Below are positions 59,601-64,000 of a DNA stretch of 64,000 nt, one piece after another. The stretch is taken from positions 148,304,001 to 148,368,000 of the forward strand of contig NC_059428.1 in assembly GCF_021028975.2 (NCBI RefSeq), in the 5' to 3' direction. Origin of the DNA: Sphaerodactylus townsendi. Its lineage: Eukaryota. The notes beneath the pieces are model-generated. The model did not search any database, was not told where the DNA came from, and saw only the letters and a list, made by a program, of their open reading frames with translations. Position 1 is the stretch's first letter. Every line of letters starts with the position of its first letter. Position numbers and translations under genes: made by a program.

Positions 59601-61298
59601 GCCGCCTTGAGCAGCACTGTTGCTGCCCCTCCAGAGGGTGAAGGGGGGGAAACCCGGGTGCCCTGGCTGGGCTTTCTCAAACCCGGAGGCAGGGGAGGGA
59701 GCTCCTTGTTGGGCAGTGACACCAGAGTCACTGCCCAAATAAGGAGCTCCCTCTGCCTCTGAAACTCCCACCCTCGTCTTATACGAGTCAATATATGTTT
59801 TTTTTCCCAGATTTGGGCGAGTAAAAAATTAGGTGCCTCGGCTTATACGAATTAGAAACTTTATACACCTGGTGCATATACTGGTAATTAGCATTATTCG
59901 TCTGCTGACTGGCAGGATCCTCCAGGGGAAAGAAAAGCCTCCTTCCTACCGACCTGCTACTTAGAAATCTTTTAGCGGGGAGAGACTGGGGGCTTCGAAC
60001 CTAAAGGGGTCCTTCTACGTGCAAAGTGGGGAGTTCTACCTGCACGCTACAACTTCTCCTCTGACTTCTCACAAAGCAGTTACCGGAGCTATGACGTTCA
60101 GCTTGTTCAGGAATTCGGCAACGTCTCCCGGAGTGCCCAGTTGACTCACGACCTCAACGAAGAGGTTGCCAGCGTCAATGGAGCTTCTGAACTAACTCGC
60201 GACATCCAACCAGTCGGCTCGGAAAGAGTTCTTCCATAGCTGAAAACTGAGCATGCAAATACACGGGTTACTGTTTTCACACATTGTTCATACCTGGATG
60301 GACTTTAGCCTCCAGAACAGAAACACAAGAGCAATTATTTCACCTTCTATGGATTCTTCACCCACTGTATTGTCTAAAACTGATTTGGGGTTTTGTAAAC
60401 AGAATAACTATAGTGTTCTCCCCCAGTGCTTGGCTTTTAAGAGGTCCATGAGTTTTCTCATGTTCCCATAACACTTGTAATGGTCAAGTAGGGGGCTCAG
60501 GTATCCCGAAAACATCTGGGCTGGCTTCCCGGAAAAATCCTAACTGCAAAGCTCCTGGTTGAATCCACTTACCCACTTAAAGTTCACATTCAGAGATGAA
60601 AACTCTGAAAGGCTTGCCAAAGCTCTGAACTGGCCTCCCTGAGTTACTGACTTGTCAGCCACTGGCTGCATTTGTTTTTTTTTGTTGGGAGGCACGTGGC
60701 ACCTGAACAGAAATCCAAAGAGTTTGGAGCTTAACTTGGAGTAAGCCGGGCCAGGAAAAGACTTACGAGAGCTGTAGCCAGCTGAGGCACTTCAGAACAA
60801 AGTTTTGCCTAAGGATTTCATGGCCCGGATTCAACTGGTTGTGCTGGAGTTTTCCTGAGCTCTTGATGTAGCCGCGTAGTCCTGGTGGATCTTATGACTC
60901 CTAACGTTTAGCCTACCATCTGTGGCAACATCTTCAGAGGTGTATCCCAGAGGGAAGTCTGTTACACGCTGTGTTCAGTGAGAAGTGAACGTTTTAGTGG
61001 GGTACATGACAATTTATCTGAAGATGCCAGCCATGGATGCAGGTGAAACGTTAGGAACAAAGATCCACCAGACCCAGCCACACAGCCCAGAAAAAACTGC
61101 TCCACCACACAGTCGTAGAACAAAGGCCTCACGTGCAGTTGGAGAAGGGAATAATCTCAGCTAGAACTCACAAAGCAAAGACGTGGGCCTTGAGGAAGCA
61201 GGGGGCGAGCCTTTTGAAGAAGCAGAATGTCTCAAACTGACCCCAGCCCCTATCAGGAGAAGCAAAGCCCACCTATTAGAAAAGTTCAAAGCGGCCAT
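32379..61298 (-). CDS. Uncharacterised ~1,300-aa secreted, probably GPI-anchored protein of six ~200-aa helical modules; possibly a distant mesothelin/otoancorin/stereocilin-family relative
   Basis: About 26 GT-AG exons in compatible phases: a signal-peptide exon from 61298, six four-exon cassettes (~119/168/209/104 nt; intron phases 1-0-0-2-1) and terminal exon 32602-32379. Reading-frame breaks occur in exons at ~60.6, 60.2, 59.4 and 48.9 kb. The family assignment is from recall and unverified. Confidence 0.82.
33181..41085 (-). CDS. Six-module gene: module 6, divergent (exons 41085-40967, ~36597-36439, 35578-35325, 33266-33181)
   Basis: GSACDSGTTGVRGWLMDNLGDFCSVAKLNELQALYPGLNA; IEDLSPVEAADLTL..YLCRLRSLHCQ; ..SQWSDIAQFVQFEILPALNISY..GPCGIFQAA; DPKVSHWQEELQEVFEICSSVLPQTETT. 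Phases are compatible. Confidence 0.75.
35703..35845. mobile_element. Short MITE (PIF/Harbinger-like TIRs)
   Basis: ggcaccttccgcacacgca ... tgcatgtgcggaaggagcc; partial copy at ~4400-4465. Confidence 0.65.
36768..37356. mobile_element. Non-autonomous hAT DNA transposon
   Basis: TIRs cagaggtgggatcc / ggatcccaccactg; perfect 8-bp TSD cccagata at 36760-36767 and 37357-37364. Confidence 0.9.
41618..46010 (-). CDS. Six-module gene: module 5 (exons 46010-45892, 43466-43293, 42879-42677, 41721-41618)
   Basis: GSPCTQGVSADRQWLKTFFGPFSSSCSYTDFAELKSNFRG; DDSLDLFSASALAQLST..FLDEFNNFALK; ..AAWFQRLRPLLPGINGTLLDLLPRSMPCPYYQIV; VKALVDVYSKLS..YLAAQFADSG. 600 nt, open frame. Confidence 0.88.
41970..42270 (-). 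mobile_element. tRNA-derived SINE, older subfamily
   Basis: Reverse complement of the SINE consensus seen elsewhere in the window. Confidence 0.75.
42968..43135 (+). mobile_element. Decayed 5S rRNA-derived SINE
   Basis: gtcagatctcagaatctaagcagggttggccatggttggtactc resembles 5S rRNA, followed by the RTE-type tail motif gcagtggcaaactacctctg. Confidence 0.6.
43560..44275 (+). mobile_element. LINE 3' fragment
   Basis: Decayed ORF2 C-terminus, AT-rich UTR, and end ggtcaatgaccgtaaataaa(tatg)n. Confidence 0.5.
44293..44590 (-). mobile_element. tRNA-derived SINE, full length
   Basis: Reverse-complement copy with (GAA)n tail. Confidence 0.88.
47078..49710 (-). CDS. Six-module gene: module 4 (exons 49710-49592, 49066-~48900, 47481-47273, 47181-47078)
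   Basis: GDPCTENTRGSLGWLRSNFGAFSSLARYKDLTDINPDFSA; MDAREAFTPAQLADYTLASDVL..(frameshift)..REFMADVNA; ..YTLWFGERLRLFLSSLDAQNLGFIPSGTSCDSLAA; VGALTNYHV..FQLQNSG. Confidence 0.82.
48119..48390 (-). mobile_element. tRNA-derived SINE
   Basis: Reverse-complement copy; tail region masked. Confidence 0.85.
49147..49572 (-). mobile_element. CR1 LINE 3' fragment
   Basis: [30 protein letters not shown] and TRRNGFKVKEHRFHQNIRKNFLTVRAVRQW. Confidence 0.9.
50476..53867 (-). CDS. Six-module gene: module 3 (exons 53867-53749, 52933-52766, 51500-51292, 50579-50476)
   Basis: GSACASKTRGMEAWLQDNLGAFAANAPYEDFTKLITDFSG; FEVRHNLTSTQLAHVFF..; ..YKDWFQNKLSLWLPSINASALNVLPRTIPCGVFKI; MTGLNGAFEQMS..YLASKTSQGG. 600 nt, open frame. 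Confidence 0.88.
53079..53222. mobile_element. Palindromic hAT-type MITE
   Basis: Same family as 688-833; perfect 8-bp TSD gcctaata. Confidence 0.88.
53395..53680 (-). mobile_element. tRNA-derived SINE
   Basis: Reverse-complement copy with a degenerate GAA/GGA tail at 53335-53400. Confidence 0.8.
54315..58228 (-). CDS. Six-module gene: module 2 (exons 58228-58110, 55873-55706, 55412-55201, 54418-54315)
   Basis: GIACGHPTQGTLDWLTTNLGSFSSYVDYEDLLSWNLRFDG; MAALESLSPPQLASLTL..YLDQFNVEAQK; LAITSL..NWTHLLSERLALFLPS..GCDSFRAV; VSSLGHVHSS..IYKSLFAFLESQQSTTG. 603 nt, open frame. Confidence 0.88.
54742..55016 (+). mobile_element. Sauria SINE-like element
   Basis: tRNA-like head (tggcatagtgg, gttcgagcc), RTE/BovB-type tail gtcggacacgactgaag and terminal ACCTTT-type repeats; TSD tttgac(a/g)agg. 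Confidence 0.75.
55900..57290 (+). mobile_element. 5'-truncated LINE (end of RT domain to 3' tail), interrupted by a MITE
   Basis: RLVINPAKSKIMVF..IEQVKLFKYLEITF, C-terminal ERCCRCC, tail ccaataaagg..(ttgga)n. MITE at 56878-56962. Confidence 0.8.
57645..57935 (+). mobile_element. tRNA-derived SINE, full length
   Basis: Near-identical to the copy at 28030. Confidence 0.88.
58450..60702 (-). CDS. Six-module gene: module 1 (exons 60702-60573, 60239-60084, ~59394-59196, 58550-58450)
   Basis: GATCLP..QWL..GQFRALASLSEFSSLNVNF; ..GDVAEFLNKLNVIAP; ..FTESDFTYWFQGAFQYILHAVNETMMAQIPLSLSCDSYQQ; LKAFNKVYANIPAESSQSIFQFSKAFLGRKVKSG. The first three exons contain apparent indels. Confidence 0.7.
59466..59886. 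mobile_element. Non-autonomous Tc1/mariner-type element
   Basis: ta|ccgtatatactcgtgtataagccgag at the left end, degenerate inverted end cggcttatac..atatactgg|ta; TA TSD. Confidence 0.65.
60803..61116. mobile_element. Palindromic Penelope-like-element derivative with inverted hammerhead motifs
   Basis: Inverted arms with CTGAAGAtgccagccatggatgcaggtGAAAcgttagga (~61018-61056, +) and a degenerate partner at ~60900-60940 (-). Flanked by agaacaaag at 60794-60802 and 61117-61125. Confidence 0.75.
61172..61298 (-). CDS. Six-module gene: first coding exon (signal peptide)
   Basis: MAALNFSNRWALLLLIGAG..; donor either |gtcagt at ~61241 or |gtgagt at 61171. Confidence 0.6.
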
Positions 61299-61519
61299 GC
61301 TTCTGAAATGCCACTCAGCACGTTTGCACCCTGGATGAGAGAGTTCCAAGTGACCCGGTCTTGTTTCCCAAGCAGAGCTGATTCATGCAGCCCGGTGCTG
61401 GTTTCAAGATCTTGGAATACAGAGTGGACAAGGCATCTGGGCCAGGAAGAACAGAGTGACTCTGGTGTTTCATTTTTTTGGAGGGGCTTTTTTCTCAAAG
61501 CCCACATCTTTACCTAAAA

Positions 61520-64000
61520 AACAGTGTATTATTAGCAGGGGTTTGCAGGGGTTTATCTCTTTTTTTCTCCTTAAGGCTACTTAGGAGCTGGGGCTACTTT
61601 GGAGGTGGGGCTTAAACAGGAGGTTAACAGAGGGTTACTCTTTGTCCTAGGCTGCTAAGGGTGGGGCTCCTGAGGTGAGTCATTCCAGTCTTTAGTTCAG
61701 TCTCTAGGAACTTAAAGCAGATTTCTTTTCTTTTTTTTCTTTTTTTTTAAAATAAATAATTTTAATTAATTATCAAGGGACATTTCTTTGAGGGATAGTA
61801 GGGTACAGATAGCTCCCAAGGGGCACTGGACTAAAAGTTTAATATCTAAATATTTAAACAAAAAGCAGATATGGAAGGCAGGAGGCTCGAAGCAGGGGGG
61901 GGATGGGGGGGCTTGCCCAGTGTTTTTTTTACAGGCTAAGGTGTCACATGGCATGACTATCTCTGCCACTTCAGGCCAGAAGTGCGTGGAGTGTGCCCTC
62001 ACAGCTGCAATGAAGCTCTCCTGGCACTCCAAGGAGCAGTGTCCGTTCTCTTTGGAAGCCAAGCCAAGGTGTGAGACCTGGAGGAGGAAGCTAGAGGAGG
62101 AGGGCAGAGAGAGGGCAACTAACAAAGACTTTCAGGGGACTCTAGCAGCTTGGTCCGGCCTCCCAAGGTGACATCTCTTCAGATGTCAAGTGGAGAATGA
62201 GAGTCCTGGGTGACAGAGGGTGCCAGTCTGAGAGGTGGGGTGGAAGATGCTCCCTTAGATGCGGATCCCTTCCTTAACTGAGTGATCAGCTATCCTCTAG
62301 CACTGAGGATTACCCACTCAGGGGAGGTGGGGGGAAGCTCCCTTGTAGTGGGTGATTCGATCATCAGGAATATAGAGAGTTGGAGTTTGTGAGAGGCATT
62401 GATGATAGCCGCATGGTGACTTGCCTGCCTGAAGATGCGAAGGTTGCGGATGTCACGCTCACGTCCTAGAATAGAGCTGTTAGACAGTGCTGGGAGGTGG
62501 AGTCGGCAGTTGTGGTCCCACATTGTAGGTACCAATGACATTTGGGAAATGTAGCGGGAAGGTTCTGGAAAGCTAAATTTAGGCTAAGCTAGGAAAAAGG
62601 TTAAAAATCCAGGACCCCCCCAAGGTGGCATTCTCTGAAATGCTACTCACCTGTTCCGCAGCAAGGAGGCTTGAGCAGCTGAGCTAAGCTGAGGAATACA
62701 GGGTCTCCATAAATGCGTGGATGAGAAGGTGGTGCAAGGCAGAGGGTTTTCAGATTTGTCCAGGAACTGGGGAACCCTTTTGGGATAAGGACAGACTGCC
62801 TCAAAATACAAAGGGGCAGACTCATCTTAACCAAAGAGGAACCAGGGCTGCTGGCACTCAACATTAAAAAGGTGGCAGAGAACAGCTTTTAAACTGATTC
62901 CTGGGGGGAAAGCAGAGCAGGAGCTGAGAGTGACTCTGGTTCGAATACAGAGTCCACATGGGGATGCAGACAGAGAAGGAGGTTTTTTTTTAAATCAACC
63001 ACATAGCCACAAGTGAGGGAACATGTAGCAATGTGATGTTAAGTGATAGTGTCTACAAAAAGGCTAGAGAGGGCAAAACACATAAATCCCCAGGTTAGGG
63101 ACAGAGACGAGAGTATACAAGAAGTGTCTCTATGCCTAATGAAGAGTAAGAAGCATTAAACCTAAAATGGGGGGGAGCTGGAGGTACAAGAGTTTTGAAG
63201 GAGGGGACATTGATATATAGTGGGCATCCACAGAGACATGGTGGAATAAAGGGAGGGAACCAGTGGGATGCTGTTATCCCAGGTTACAGGCTCTTACAGG
63301 AAAGGATAGGACTGGAAGAGTATTGGGAGGTGGGGTGGCCCTCTACATCAAAGAGAGCATGAGTAGTGTCACATAAAATAGACAATGCAGGAGCAAGATT
63401 CCTCTACAGAAGCACTGTGGATATCAATACCAGGGGTGAAACATGGTTTAACATTAGGGTATGGCCCTTGAAATTCCCCTGACCAAAGCACAAGAAGGGA
63501 TTCTGAGATGGAAAAAGAAATTATGAGAGGCCAACAAAAGCAAAATGTACCATATACTGCCATTGGTAGATGAAGTGATTTTTAACTATCCCCATATAAA
63601 CTGGAAAAAAATGCATGTTCAGGTCATGAAGTAAGGAGAGAGAAACATTCCTGGATATGCCTAAATGACTGTGGCTTAGGAGCAGATGGTTGTGCAGAAC
63701 CAACCAGGGAGATGTGATCCTAGATCTAATTCTATGTGGGACTCCAGGACCTGGTGCAGGAAGTCCAGTGTTGTTGGAGCCGATAGGGAACAGCGACCAC
63801 AATGCTGTCCAGATTCAATGTCTCTGCATGCTTGAACAAGTGACAACTATTAATGTAGTTACATTCGCCTTCAGAAAGGAAATTTCTCTCAAAGAAAGAT
63901 GAGGGGGATAGTGCATGAGGAAGCTGAAAGGAGAAAATCAAGAGAGTCAAAAAATGTCCAAGATACTTGGAGGTTATTTAAAAACACAGTCTTAAAAGCT
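61520..64000 (+). mobile_element. CR1 LINE 5' portion: 5' UTR, ORF1 (Zn-finger plus SGNH esterase) and ORF2 endonuclease, heavily frameshifted
   Basis: Remnants VVGDSIIRNIE, VGTND (62340-62540), GGGVALYIKES (~63325), DFNYPHINW (~63575), ILDLIL..GNSDH (63715-63800). Confidence 0.88.

Overview
Vertebrate genomic DNA, most likely a squamate reptile (gecko-type SINE, CR1 and MITE content; species not determinable). N-runs look like hard-masked low-complexity sequence. Left to right: (1) the 5' half of SHMT1 on the minus strand, five coding exons plus a CCAAT/GC-box promoter near 6.7-6.95 kb, running off the left edge; (2) a single-coding-exon CMKLR1-like chemoattractant GPCR (+, 9558-10682); (3) a 4.3-kb compound tandem array; (4) a complete 10-coding-exon PRPSAP2 gene (+, 369 aa); (5) a ~29-kb minus-strand gene I cannot name, assembled here from about 26 exons. 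It encodes a ~1,300-aa protein with a signal peptide, six ~200-aa modules each encoded by the same four-exon cassette, a Thr-rich stalk and a GPI-type tail; (6) the 5' part of a CR1 LINE at the right edge. The most interesting items are the six-module protein and palindromic Penelope-derived insertions carrying paired minimal hammerhead-ribozyme motifs, one of which seems to sit inside an exon of that gene. Indels near 48.9 kb and beyond ~59.4 kb look like consensus errors, which limits conclusions about intactness.
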